From the NCBI GenBank assembly GCA_964016885.1, contig OZ024741.1, positions 225,866,001 to 225,930,000 of the forward strand: DNA of 64,000 nucleotides. Direction: 5' to 3'. Source of the stretch: Eledone cirrhosa (Eukaryota). Positions 27,420 to 40,660 of the stretch are shown one piece after another; position 1 is the first letter of the stretch, and the number at the start of each line of letters is the position of its first letter. A model generated the notes under the pieces. The model was not told the DNA's origin. It was given only the letters and a program-made list of their open reading frames with translations, and ran no database searches. Made by a program: the position numbers and the translations under genes.

Positions 27420-29287
27420 CACAAAAAGAGGGGTAAAGGCAGCAAGGAAACTTGCAGCAACACCACCACCATCACCATCACCACCACAAGCACCACCGCC
27501 AACAACAACAACACCACCACCAGCATCACCAAAAACACCAACAACGCAAACAAAACAAAATACACACACCAAACAGCAACAAGAAGAAAACAGCAACAAA
27601 ATCCCCCCTCCCCCCAAAGAGTACACATGGCAAAAAAAGAACTCATACAATATATAAAGCAGCACACAGGCATCACAGAAAAAAAACTACTACACCCCAC
27701 CAACAACATGAACTCTCCCGACAAACATAAGCATCATTGAAATCTTAATAGAACAGTACAAACCTTTAAAACAAAAATTCCCCAACGCAGTTGTAGACTT
27801 CAGAGCGTCGGTTACCAAGAGAATATACACTGACATCCTCTTGGAAACACGCATGACCAGCCAAAGGGACGGTTCTACTGTCCCTTCACCACACGATCAA
27901 GGTAAGTAAGTGACCCTTTCTCACTTGCCCCGTTTCTCATCCAATATGGCCGTACTCAGAATAGGAAGTATAAATGCACGTGGCCCGGGGTCTTCTTGGA
28001 AGCAGGGCCACCTGCTCAACGACCTCAGGTCATTAAACATAGATGTGGTGTCCATCAGCGAGATCAGAATCTCCGAAGCACAGGCCTTCGCACTGATCTT
28101 CGGCGGAGGACTGGGCATGCCATGGCTGATGATGCGCAAACATGCGCTGAGGCTGCGACATCTCTGGTGCTTCTTTGATGGTGAACAGGTGTGGTCGCCG
28201 TTCGCTAGGCACGTTTTCCCCACAGCTCGTCTCCTTGACGAGCTGCAGTCCTGCGTCAGAAAAAGATCGAAGGATAGCGCTTGGAAACTGGAATGTCTCC
28301 AGGCGCTCACTGCCCTCTCCCAGCTGGGCACCAGTATCGGTGGAACATCCACCTCGGCGTTCTATAGAGCACTAGTGGAGGGGAAGAGCGACGACATTCT
28401 CGGAGAGATCCTGGGCGTCGAAGAAGATCAGCTGTTTGCTCTCTTCCGGAGAACTTTCGGCCCGAGGCCTATGGATAACTTCCAAAAATCTCTGGCCTGG
28501 CAGTGCTACCGGGGAGCGCTGCCGGTTCGAGATAAGCTCTACAGGCACGGAAGTACCGTCAGCCGAGCCTGTCGGAGATGCGCGCAGAGCGACGAAACCG
28601 TCGTGCACGCACTCGTTCAGTTCCCGAGCATTGCTGACTTGTGGAGCTATGTCGAACAGTTGCTGTCGCGTGTGGGACTGATCCGGTTGTCGATGGATCA
28701 TTGTGCAGATGGTCACGCCGTCTTCCTTCGAGGAGGAAGGGCAGGCGGTTTTCATCTGCCTGGTGGCCATGGCGAAAGAGATTGTGTGGTGGACAAGGTT
28801 AAAAGGGCTAAAGACAGACACTTTCCTCTTCGGTAAATCCCTAATTAACTTTTTCAAGTTTCACTTGAAGAGGAAAATCAGGGTGGAGAGGCAAGTGCTG
28901 CCTTCTAGCAAGTTTGTTGAAAGGTGGGTGAATGTAGCGAGAATGGTCCGAGTGAACGGGACCACTCTGAATATACGTCTGTAGTTTGAGAGATGGAAAA
29001 ATTGAGAGAGGGCGCTTGCCCTGGTGGTCAGGTGGCCGTGGTCTTTTGTGTGGTTTTCGCCACGAGTAACACTCGGAGGTTTCCACCCTATTGGGGAATT
29101 TTTCATTGTTTCAATTTTCATTTTTATTGTTTATATATATATATGTTTCTATGTCCTTTTTCTTTTCTATTCTTATATAAATAATAAAAATATTTACACG
29201 CACAAAGCCCACATCGTACCGTCCTGTACCGTCATGTGCCGTCTGTAATGTTTTTCTTGATGTCAGCCCTTGTGGCCAATAAAGAAA

Positions 29288-29340
<53 letters not shown>
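27420..29340 (+). mobile_element. Internally deleted Tx1/L1-clade LINE (ORF1 relic; APE N-terminus fused to the C-terminal zinc finger), (ATT)n tail
   Basis: MAVLRIGSINARG..IDVVSISE joined at ~28105 to GGLGMP..LPVRDKL..CRRC..ETVVHAL; ends aataaagaaatc(att)n. Confidence 0.88.
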
Positions 29341-29342
<2 letters not shown>

Positions 29343-30810
29343 AGTTGCATTTGTGTTGCTTTATGTTCATACGAGTTATCACCAAGTCACAACCAGTGAC
29401 CTCAAGAGACAACAAGGTCCGCCATATTCAAGAACATACACTCACATGCATCCTTAGGTGTTTAGACTTGTGATGTACTTATATTGACAGAATCTTCCTT
29501 AGTATATGGGCAGTTCCCATTAGTACTATCTTTTGTATTTTTCCTATACGCGTGTTTCCTGGGATTTGCGATAAGTAATCATTAAGCACCTCAGGTATCA
29601 TTCCTAGAGCGCCGTCAACCACTGGTATTGTTTTAGTTCTCAATTTCCACATTTTTCCAATTTCTATCTCCAGGTCCTTATACTTACTCAATTTTTCAAA
29701 TGTTTTTATAGATACATTCTTATCTATTGGAACAGATATATCAATTAGCAGGCATGCCCTCTTTTTAAAGTCCTTCAGTATTATATCAGGTCTATTTTCA
29801 TCTATATTTCGGTCTGCTTGGATTCCACAAGATTGAGATGTGATCTTTTTCAAGTACGGGAGGTGGTTGATGCTCCCACCAATTCTTTTGTTGGGGCAGG
29901 TCAAATTGCTTACACATTATCCAATGTATGTATTGTGCAGCTCTGTCGTGCATGTATAGGTATTCGGCTGGAGCTATAGGACTGCACATTGAAATTATAT
30001 GATCAATGGTCTCTGGTTGATTTTTACATACGGCATAATGGGTTGCATACATTTTTTATTATGTTGGCTTGGTAATTTTTTGTTGGCAGACACTGATCTT
30101 GTGCTGATATAATTAGTCCTTCATTCTCCGATTTCAGTCCAGAGGATGCCAACCACTGGTGGGTTAAAGTGTTGTCAACATCAGGATTGTTAGCTTTTTC
30201 TGGGTATTTTCCATACAGAGGCTTTTCTTGCCATTTCTTAGCCAGTTTCTGTAGCAGTTATTTTTTTTGCAGTTACTTTTACCTGCTTTAATTTTTCTGT
30301 GTTTTTCATTTCAGCAGTAAATGGAACTTCTGAAATTTGTAGTCCATTACCGTATCTTTGTGCATCTTTTGTTTCAAAACGAGTTTGATCATCGAAACAT
30401 GTGATTCCCTTAGATATGTAGATAATCCAATTGTTACAGTTTTCAACGCAATATCTAACTGGATACACCCACGTCCTCCTTCTTTCCTAGGGAGATATAT
30501 TCCATCTGTATCTGCTTTAGGGTGATGCATTCTGTGCATGGTTAAGAATTTTCGAATTTTTGTATCCGAGCCTATGGATCTCTGTGCTTGACTAGTCGAT
30601 GACATTGTAACTGTAGGTTACTACTGGTATGGCAAGCGTGTTTATGGCATCGATCCTATTCCTTGCATTCAATTCCGTTCTTAAGATTGCTCTTACTCTG
30701 CGGTAACATTCCTTCCTTATCCTTTCCCTCATTGTCGAGTGCTTGATTCTGTCTCCTTCACAAACACCTAGATATTTGTAAGTTTCTTCTTGATCAAGTT
30801 CTCTTATCAC
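29341..30810 (-). mobile_element. R4/Dong-clade LINE, 5'-truncated (RT thumb, CCHC, RLE)
   Basis: YKYLGV; YLPRKEGGRG; ETIDHIISMC; HDRAAQYIHW; NRPDIIL..IDISVP..KLSKYKDL..GALG..GTAHILRK; 3' end abuts (AAT)n. Confidence 0.9.
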
Positions 30811-33800
30811 TAATGTGATGAAGATTGAGACAGATTGTGACGACGAGGAGTGGGAAAAAAGAAAAAAAGAAACCAAAAAGTAAAAAAATTCTCTTACTTC
30901 CTCCTCCAAAAACAAAATACAGAGGGAAACAAATAAACTATCAAACAAAAAAGTTAGAACAGATATGCCACCATCCACACCAGTATCACCAACCCCATCA
31001 CCACAAACACCAACACCATCACCATCATTAACCCCCAAACCATCATCACCAACACCACAAAAGTCACCAAAAAGCGTAACAGGAACAAACCCACAAAAAA
31101 CGCAAACAAAACAAAACAACCAAAGCATTACATTTTTTGAACAACAACCAATTATTACTCTACATCCAACACAACACCAGCATCACAGAAAAAGACTACA
31201 CAACAACCCAAAAGTTCACACCACCTCCACACATACAAATCACTCGCATCACACAGAAAACGTACACGACACTAAAACAAAAATTCCCCAAAGACATCGG
31301 AGACTTCCGGACAGGCACTCTCCAGGAGGATTTATAAGGACATCCTTCCGGGGGTGGCCACAAGCAGTGAAAAGGATGGACAAACCATCTTTCCTCTACG
31401 AGAAGTAAGGTAAGAGGTCTTTCCCATCTTTTCCACTCCATTTCAACATGACCTCACTCAGAATAGGCAGCATAAATGCGCGTGGCTTGGGGTCGTCATG
31501 GAATCAGGGCCACCTGCTCAGCGACCTCAGGTCACTAAACATAGATGTAGTGGCCATCAGCGAGACCAGAATCTCCGAAGCACGGGCCTTCGCACCGATC
31601 TTCGGCGGCTACGATGTGTACGCATCTCCCAGCCATCCGGGATCGGGGGGAGGAGTTGCTGTGCTTTTTCGGAGAGGTTTGTATCTCGCCATACGGGCCA
31701 TCTTCCTGGACCCAGAAGGTAAGTTGGTGGTGCTAGACGTGACCAGCGGATACGGGCAAGCTTTCAGGCTAGTGGCCGTCTATGCCCCGACAGGAGCAGG
31801 GCGGCCTGATTTCTTCCGGCGTCTTGAGACCTTTCTTGGAACGTCCCGCTCTTTAGTGTTAGTGGGCGACTGGAACGGAATCTTAGATGCACGCTGGGAC
31901 TGTGTGAGATTAGCGGATAGGGGAGGAGGGTGCAAGAGCCTCACCAACCTGCTGAGGCGTTTTGAACTGCCTGACAGGTACCGATTGGATTTCCCGAATG
32001 TACCAATGTGGACTTGGACAAATCGCATAGGGTCATCCAGATCATATCTAGATATAGTATTTTGTAGGGAAATAGATAGGTCTAGCATAGGCTGTCCACA
32101 ATTCAAGATAGTCAGCTACACGGACCACAAATTCGTGATCTGTGTGCTTGACTTAGATAGGCTTCATAGACGAGGACCCGGCTACTGGAAGCTAAACGCG
32201 TCCTTACTAGCGCGCAGGGCCTACAGAGACCGGATTAGCGAACTAGTTAAGCGGGTATTGACAGGGGCCATCATCAACAACAAGTGGTGGTTTGCTCTGA
32301 AAAGAGCAATTAGAATAGAGTCCATTAGGTTTAGTAAGGTTTTAGCAATAGAGACAAATAGAGCAGAGGGAGAATTAGTTAGAAAATTAGATGAGGCGCT
32401 TAGCAAAGGCACCGCGACCGACGTACTTGCGGCGAAATTGGCCCTTGACCAATTCTTCAACGCAAAGCACGAAGGCTGCGTTGTCAGAGCTAGGGTGCGT
32501 GCTCTCAGACACGAGGGAACGAAAGCCGTTCCATGGGCCAGAGTGGCGGAGGCGCGTCGTAGCAACAAAGCCACGTTCCGGTCTTTGGTGGACCACGACG
32601 GGCGGATGCTACTCGATCCCGGGAAAATGTGTGAAGCTTTTCAGCGACACTTCGCACAGCTGTTCGGGGGCAGCGGCGTGCCGGATCGAGGGATGGACTC
32701 TCATCATCATCACTCGTCGACTACTGTCGAGATGATGGATCTCACTCTCATGCCCCAGAATTCCCTGTCCCCCATCGCTGCTCCCAGGTCATGTCTACTG
32801 ATTCCCGTATCCCTAGAGATAACGTCAGGGAATGACAACTTCCTACTCCTAGTCAGGCTGAAGTCAGGTTTCCAGAGCAAGAGAGCGGATATGATTTCAT
32901 TGCTGGCACGGTGACAGTGGCCAGCAAATTGAGCTCTCCGGGATTTTAGAAGGGCAGAGGCTCGAGGGAGTTTGCCATAGGTTTTAGACAAGGTGGGATG
33001 TCGTTTCCAGGATAGGTTTTGCACTCTCATTAAGAGGCGGGTATATGTGCCATCCAATCTCCTCTCAAGTTGTGATGTTAGTGTCCAAGTTTCGGATCCA
33101 TAAAGTAATATGGGCTTAATGGTTGCTTGGAATATTTCCAGTTTTAGCTCGTTGGTAAGTTGAGATGTCCATATGGCGTGCATGTCATTGCACGCTGACC
33201 ATGCCATACCCTTCCTGGTTAGAAAATCTTTTTTGGAGGAGGAGATATATGAGCCAAGATACTTGTAATCTTCCACCTGCTTAAGGGTGGTACTATTAAG
33301 GGTTATGATGGGGTAGTTTGGGCTGTTTGCGCATTTGTTCACATACTCAGTCTTGGATTCGTTGAGGTACAGACCCTAGTGTCTACCTAGACGGACTGCC
33401 GCGGCTCTCGGCCACTGACGCGGAGTGTTGCGAAAAGCCGATAACAGCCGCTCAAGTACGGGAGGCAATGACTGGCTACACAAGGGCTAAATCGCCTGGT
33501 TTGGATGGTCTGCCCTATGAACTTTACGTACAGATGCCAGACTTGTTCGGAGGCCTCTTGGCGGACGTCTACTGCAACTGGCAACAGAACGGAAGAATTC
33601 CCAGCTCTGTGAGCCGAGGAGCTGTGGTGCTGCTGAGAAAGGATCCGAACAAGGGGGATAACATAGATAATTTCAGGCCCATAACTCTGCTAAACACAGA
33701 GTTCAAGATTTTGGCCAAGGTGCTAGCAAAGAGGTTGGTGGTCTGGTGGGAGAGGCGCAGACATGCGCCATTCCCGACAGATTCATCCACGACAACCTCC

Positions 33801-35788
33801 ACCTCATGCGATACATCGTAGAGAGGGTAGCTAGGGAATCTGGCACGGGTGGGTCCTTGATCAATCTAGATCAGTCGAAAGCTTTCGATAGGGTCGACCA
33901 TCGTTACCTAGCGGCAGTCCTGAGGGCGGTTGGTTTCGGGCCCGTCTTCAGAAGCTGGATCGCTGCCATGCACAGCGACATCTGCTCTGTGGTGAGAGTG
34001 AACGCTCACCTTTCGGAACCGTTCAACATCATGCGCTCGGTTCGCCAAGGATGTCCCCTCTCGTCCCTCCTGTACGTATTGACTCTCGAGCCATTACTGC
34101 ACAAACTGGAGACGTTGAGGGGCGTCCCGCGCGAACTAGGATGCGGAAGATCCGTGTCAGCATATGCGGACGATCTCACCGTAGTGGTGTCGAACGCCAA
34201 ACACATCGAGGCGATCGGCACTACACTAAGAGAATACGAAGCGGTGACAGGAGCAATGATCAACCAGGAAAAGTCAGTGGACCTGCAGCTCGGCACCTGG
34301 AGAGGCAGGTCCATGCCGTCCAACAACGTCGTCGGGCCCTGGACGGACGGACCGGTTAAATTGCTCGGGGTCTGGATCGGTCCGGACCTCCAGACGGACA
34401 AAAACTGGGACGAGGTGACGAGCAGGGTGGCTTCTCTCACCCAGAAATGGGCGGAGAGGAAGCTATCCCTGAAAGGTCGAGCGGAGGTGGCTAACGCGTA
34501 TATCGCGTCCGTCATCTACTACCGCCTGACCGTCGTACCTTGTCCTAAGCCCCGCCTGACTGCGCTGGAGCGTTTGCACTTTCGCTTTTTGTGGAAGGGA
34601 CACGCTCCGATGGTCAGGCGGTCCATCTGCTGTCAACACCCGCTACGTGGAGGGCTGAGAATGCCGTGGCTGATGATGCGCAGACACGCGCTCAGGCTAC
34701 GACATCTCCACCTCTTCCTCGACGGTGATGAGGTGTGGTCGCCGTTTGCTAGACGCGTCTTTCTCCAGCTCGTCTCCTTGACGAAGCTGCAGTCCTGGGT
34801 CAAGCGAAGACCGAGAGGGAGCGCTTGGAGACTGGAATGTCTTCAGGCGCTCACAGCCCTCGACCAATCGGGCATTGTGATCGATGGAAACTCCACCTTG
34901 GCGTTCTATAGAGGATTAGTGGCGGGGAAGAGCGACGACGTACTTGGGGAAACTCTAGGCGTCGACGAAAATCAACTAGCCAATCTCTTCGGAAGAACTT
35001 TCGGGCCGGGGCCTATGGACAACTTCCAGAAATCCATGGCCTGGCAGTGCTACCGAGGAGCTTTGCCAGTTCGGGATAAACTCTACAGGCATGGAGGTGC
35101 CGTCAGGCGGGCATGTCCGAGATGCGCGCAGGGCGACGAAACCGTCCTGCACACACTCGTCCAGTGTCCGAGCATTGCTGACTGGTGTGTTCATGTCGAA
35201 CACCTGCTGTCGCGTGTAGGACGGATCCAGCTATCAGCTGAGTCCATCGTGAGGATTGCCCCGCCCTCTTCCTTTAGCCGGGAAGGGCAAGCAGATTTTA
35301 TCTGTCTGGTGGCCATGGCGAAAGAGATAGTATGGTGGATACGTTTGAAAGGGCTGAAGACGAGCACTTACCTCTTCGGTGATGCCCTGATTAACTTTTT
35401 CAAATTTCATTTGAAAAGGGAAATCAGGGTAGAGAGGGAAGTGCTCTCTTCCCAGCATTTTGTTGAAAGATGGGTGAGAGAGGCAAGAATGGCCGAGTGA
35501 ATGGGCCTACTCTGAGTATGTGTCTGTAAATTAAAGGTGGAAAACTGGGAGAGGGCACTTGCCTTGGTGGTCAGGGTCACTGTGGCTTTTTAATGGGCTT
35601 TCTTCACGAATGTCCCTCGGAGGTCTCCCCCCTATTGGGGAATGTTTCATTGTTATTTTTTTGTTACATCCTGTTTTTGTTTTTTACACGCACAAATGCC
35701 CTTTTGTACCGTCCTGTATTGTCCTGTACTGACCTAATGTCTACTTTATGTAAACCCTTGTGGTTAATAAAGAAATCATTATTATTAT
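30811..35788 (+). mobile_element. Near full-length Tx1/L1-clade LINE (ORF1 relic ~30811-31408; ORF2 31448-35500 with one insertion and a frameshift)
   Basis: APE (SINARGL, VYAP, GDWN, SYLD, TDH, GYWKLN); RT (KSPGLDG, FRPITLLN, DQSKAFDRV, RQGCPLS, AYADD); C-terminal CPRC..H..C; (ATT)n tail. Confidence 0.93.
32700..33375 (-). mobile_element. RTE/RTEX-like LINE 3' fragment nested in the Tx1 ORF2
   Basis: YKYLGS..LLYGSETWTL..FAGHCHR; (TGA)n tail; the Tx1 reading GMD|xSVYLDGLPRL resumes across the insert. Confidence 0.88.
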
Positions 35789-35934
35789 AGTTGCATTTAT
35801 CTTGCTTTATGTTCATACGAGTTATCACCATTAGTGCTATCTTTTGTATTTCTCTTATACGCGGGTTTCCTGGGATTTGCGATAAGTAATCATTAGACCC
35901 CTTAGGTATCATTCCCAGAGCGCCTACAACCACT
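35789..35934 (-). mobile_element. Short Dong 3' fragment with an internal deletion, tail-to-tail with Tx1
   Basis: About 89% identical by eye to 29520-29622; same 3' terminus as at 29341. Confidence 0.85.
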
Positions 35935-36093
35935 TAGGGTCGGACGCCATGCTTTACAGCATAGTTACGTCCCTTTACGATCTGAGTTCAAATCCCGCTG
36001 AGGTTGACTTTGCCTTTCATCCTTACGGGGTCGATAAAATAAAGTACCAGTAATGCACTAGTAATTACTGGCTTTGTGCCTAAAGTAGAAACA

Positions 36094-36145
<52 letters not shown>

Positions 36146-37496
36146 CTGAAGGCGTGTGGGGTAGTGCGTAGGTTGCTCGGCTCACGATCGTTGTGAGTTT
36201 GATTCCCGGAACGTACACTGTGTTCTTAAGAAAGCGACCTTTTTACATATTTCTGCAGTCCATTTAACTGGTAAAAACGAGTTGTACCTTTAATTCAAGG
36301 TGTCGGTCTTATCACACATGGTGTTACGCTGAATTACACTGAAGATTATGTTTAGATTATGTACGTGTCCGTGGCATTCTTAGGCACGGATACGTTAATT
36401 TCCCAAATAGGCAGTTCAGTTGATTGGATCAACTGGAGCCAGCGGCGTGCAGAGCTCTGGTGATGCCTGAATCAAATCTTGATCGTACGACTCAACTATG
36501 AGGCCTAATATACTGAGAAATATTATGAGAAAGGAAAACATTTTGAATATATATAAACACAGATGAAACATGAAATAAGCGCCTCATTCGATTTTAATAA
36601 AAATCAATCAAATTTATTAAGTTCTTTTCCCCAAATGATTCCCCCATCCAAAGGATGCCCGGGGCCAACGCACAATGCCCCCCACTGCACGCTACTGACT
36701 GGAGTACTCGTTTTCGGAAATGACGGATTTCCAAAAAAAATATTTTCCACTCAGCCTTGCAATCTAATAAAAAAAAAAAGACTCCTTATTTCTAGATCCT
36801 ATAATGATAGGTCGTGTTAATCCTTACAGCATTTTACTCTAAATATTGTGTCGTGCAAATTTACAGATATCTGGAATGGTGCCCTGTGTTATATCCTTCA
36901 ATGGTTTCTCCAAATATTGGCGAATAGGTCAAACTAAGCCGGCTTCCAAATGTATATACAGACGAATCAATTCATCTAGTTATATTTTTATTTATTTATT
37001 ATAAATTGGGGGAAATGGTTGTTTCTTAGATAATGGTTTCTTATATAGGCACAAGGCCAGCAATTTTGGGGGAGGGAAAAGTCGATTAAATCGACCCCAG
37101 TGCGTGACAGGTACTTTATTTTATTGACCCTGTAAAGATGAAAGGCAAAGTAAAACTCGGCGGGATTTAAACTCAGATCATAAATGGCCGTAACTCTATG
37201 CTGCAATGCATAACGTCTGACCCTCTACAGATACTGCCAATCCGCCGCCCTACTTTCTTAGACAATATTATCCAATATGTTCTGCACCTTTTTCAATACA
37301 GCAGGAGGTAATTTAGAGGAAATTTGGCTGCTACTTCCTGTAGGCTAGTCGGTCAGGATGTGGTTTTTTCTTGGACTCGACATATATATATTTGTGTATA
37401 ACTTTCATCGTTGCTAACGCTTCAAAGATGTTTATTAAAATAACAGATATATATATATTATTAGGACAATGGGATTGATGAGTTAATATCTGTATA

Positions 37497-38250
37497 CAAC
37501 AACTACAACGGTACACGATGGGGCCAACCCACAGCCCCGGCGGACAGAATGGAGAAGGCGTTTCCCCGGAGGACGGCAGGGGAGACGCGCTGGAAAAGCC
37601 ACTCCAACTCGCGGGTCTCACACCTGCGGCTGGCCAGCTCAGCGCCTATGGTGGTGAGTAAGGAGGTAGCTCTGGGGCCGAGGACACCAGAAGTCTCCAC
37701 TGCCAGGGGAACGACCGCAAACCTGTCGGAGAGCGACCGGTATTTGAGGAGTTTGGCCACCTCAGTCCGACGTGCAGCAGAACCTGGGTCACCCGCAGAC
37801 TGCACCAGATTGCGGCTGCAGAAAGTGTCGGTGCAAGTGGCATCCCAGACGAGGGGTTTGCCACCGCGGAACGGGAAGATGGTCATGCCATCTGGCCTTT
37901 TGCCGTCCCCTCGATCCAACCCCACCGACTCGAGCTGGGAAGGGATGCCTGCAGCGTCCAAGCCATGCTTAATGACCTCGTTGAGGGCAGCATTGCGTGG
38001 AATGCGGCCGGCACTGTGGCGACAGGAAAGGGGGTGGAGGCCGAAAGAGTCCACGGTGGAACCGCAGCGACATTGGTGTGGCTGGCAGATCCGGAGGCCG
38101 AGCCTCAGGGAAACGCCGATTCGCAGGCTATGGTTGTCTAGCTGCGTGCCAGTGGAAAAGGAGGGCAGGGCATGGAGCCAGGCACCACTGTGGGGTTTGG
38201 AGGCCGCACAAAAACAAGCAAGGCGGTGCTGGTCGAGCCGGTGCGTGTCA
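37497..38250 (-). mobile_element. 5'-truncated CRE-clade retrotransposon (zinc finger and RLE)
   Basis: SGAWLHALP...LRLGLRICQPHQCRCG..DSFGLHPLSC..GKRPDG..WDATC..KLLKY..PLAVETSG..AVLRGNA; GC-rich relative to flanks. Confidence 0.9.
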
Positions 38251-38517
38251 CGTTTCCATATTGGAGACTGTTTGGGCGTACAGCTGTCGTCAAGACATTT
38301 AATGTGTTTTATAAAACTGGTGTATCATTATAAGTCGGAAGATCTCGTGCCTGTTTATTATACTTTATGTTCTTTATGCCATTAACATGTGTCTTACACT
38401 TCTTAAATATGTAGACAGAGCTATAAATCTGGCTCTATTTGAGATCTAGCCCGCCCTCATGTATATACATACCTATATATATATACATATATATATCTAT
38501 ATATATATATATATATA

Positions 38518-38567
<50 letters not shown>

Positions 38568-38640
38568 TACATATATATATATATATACGTATATATATAT
38601 ATACATATATATACACATATATACATATATATATATATAC

Positions 38641-38698
<58 letters not shown>

Positions 38699-38725
38699 TT
38701 GTATATATCTATATGTATATGTATA

Positions 38726-38766
<41 letters not shown>

Positions 38767-39414
38767 GTGTGTGGGTGGGGGGGTCTGTGTGCGTATGTGT
38801 GTGTATGTGTATGTGTGTGTGTAGCCAAAGCTATAAATCTGCCTCCATTAACTATTCCGCCCAAAACCTCAAATACTCAACACGACATAACACAAACGTG
38901 TCTTAAGAATGGTTTATTTTGTTCGTAACATTAATGTAAATTCAATTATCCAACGAAGATAATATAATCATCTAATATGAAAATATGCCAGAATATAGAC
39001 CTTGTACACATACAATTACAAACGCATATGAGTACATATACAACCCTATACCTTCTCACACTTATCTCCATATAAATATATATATATATATGCATATATA
39101 TAAACACACACACATACTCAGACATATATATATAATGATTTGTACACACGAAAATTATTGCGCAACCTTAGGCTCCATGATCAGACGAGATTGCATCATC
39201 GCACTCGCTATTAGGCAGCTTTCCATGAGTAGCCTATTATCAAATGCCTGAAGGAGTTCTAACGTCAAAGACTCGCGGAATGAAATAGGCTTCATAGAAA
39301 CATTTTAATGGGGAATGTAAGGTATTTCCGTGATTTATATGTAACCGTTTCGCCTACTGAATGCATACATACATAATATATACATACATACATAATACAT
39401 ACATATATACATAC

Positions 39415-39750
39415 GTGATGATGGCTGCCCCTCGTTATCGAGTATGGCCATTGTACGGTATAACATTATTAATAATTATCAATTAATGCCATCGTGCATT
39501 GCCCGTGCGTGAAGATTTTTTTGAAAGTGAGGAAATACTGCGCTCTGAGCCAATCCCACTTTCTGAGTGACATTAGCTATAACACGAAAAGAAGAAAATA
39601 TCAACCACATCGGTAACTACCGAGCCGCAGGTTTTGTGTCGGAGTTATCTCAGTTTCCTGAGTTGCCTTCTCCAAGAAGAATGCTCTGACAAATGTTAGA
39701 TGTCCTTCACTCCCAGTGGTTTAACCGGGCGATTGGGTATCCATCCCGAT
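39415..39750 (-). mobile_element. RTE-derived non-autonomous element (5' UTR-like part joined to a 3' end); relative at 46143-46577 in (TACA)n
   Basis: ggagaagg.aaactc RTE 5' UTR-like motif and tggcc.tactcga.aacgag..gcagcca 3' end in both copies. Confidence 0.55.
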
Positions 39751-40279
39751 TATATTTCTATGTCCCCGCGCATGTGCATACATATGCATACATGTATATT
39801 CATTTATACATATACTCATATATACATATGTATATACATATACACATATATACATATGTATATACATATTTACACATTTTTGGATGGCCGTTTACTCTTA
39901 TGAGTTCTTTCGCCCTTTGTCAGGTTTTGTTTTTTGTCCTGCAGGGTGTCCAAAATCACACTCCGCACCAAATAAACTTGATGGGGTTGCCGGTTTAGTC
40001 ACCGACGATGCGACCATGCGACAGGTTGTACTGGGTTACATGTTACCAGTAGCACTCAAGAGTGACCCGACATAACATGCATACATACACACATACATAC
40101 ATATATACACAAACATTTATATACGAACTTTGGTTAAATTCTGAACATTTTCATCTGTCGAATACGCGCCTTTCGTTAGGGAAGTTATTAGGTCGGCAGC
40201 TCGTCAGTTAGACATATAAGAGTAAATATTATAATGAGAGTTGAGGATAAGCTCAGAGTGTCAGGATTTATTTCAGCGT

Positions 40280-40660
40280 GTGCGGGCAGTCATTGAACAT
40301 GTCAGTCTTTATATGTAAGCATTTTTTCGTAGAAACCCTATCTCTGGCCATACGGGAGCATGTGAGACTGAAGTATCGAATAAGATTTTCGCACCATGTT
40401 GCCTTTTTTTCACTCTTTATTTCTTTTCCACTGCATTGGTGTCCACTCTGTGACGCTTAGACTCCACCTGTTGTCGCTGAAATGAGAAATGGCGTCAGCC
40501 CATCTGTGAGCTCCCTTCTCCAAGGTTTCGATTATGTTCTTCACTCTTCTGGTCATGTTAAGTGATATCCAGTATGATTCGTTCCATATTACGTTCGAAC
40601 AACTGCAAGAGTGCCTGCAGCGGTGATGTTGAGTGCCCATGTTACTCTTCCATAAGTCAT
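40280..40660 (-). mobile_element. Old RTE LINE C-terminal relic
   Basis: HRWADAISHFSDNRWSLSVTEWTP resembles the RTE motif WAGHIAR..DNRW...TEW.P. Confidence 0.65.

Noticed and set aside
39890-40072. HDV-like ribozyme in RTE 5' UTR-like relics (also 5340-5500)
   Set aside because: I could not build the nested double pseudoknot by eye.
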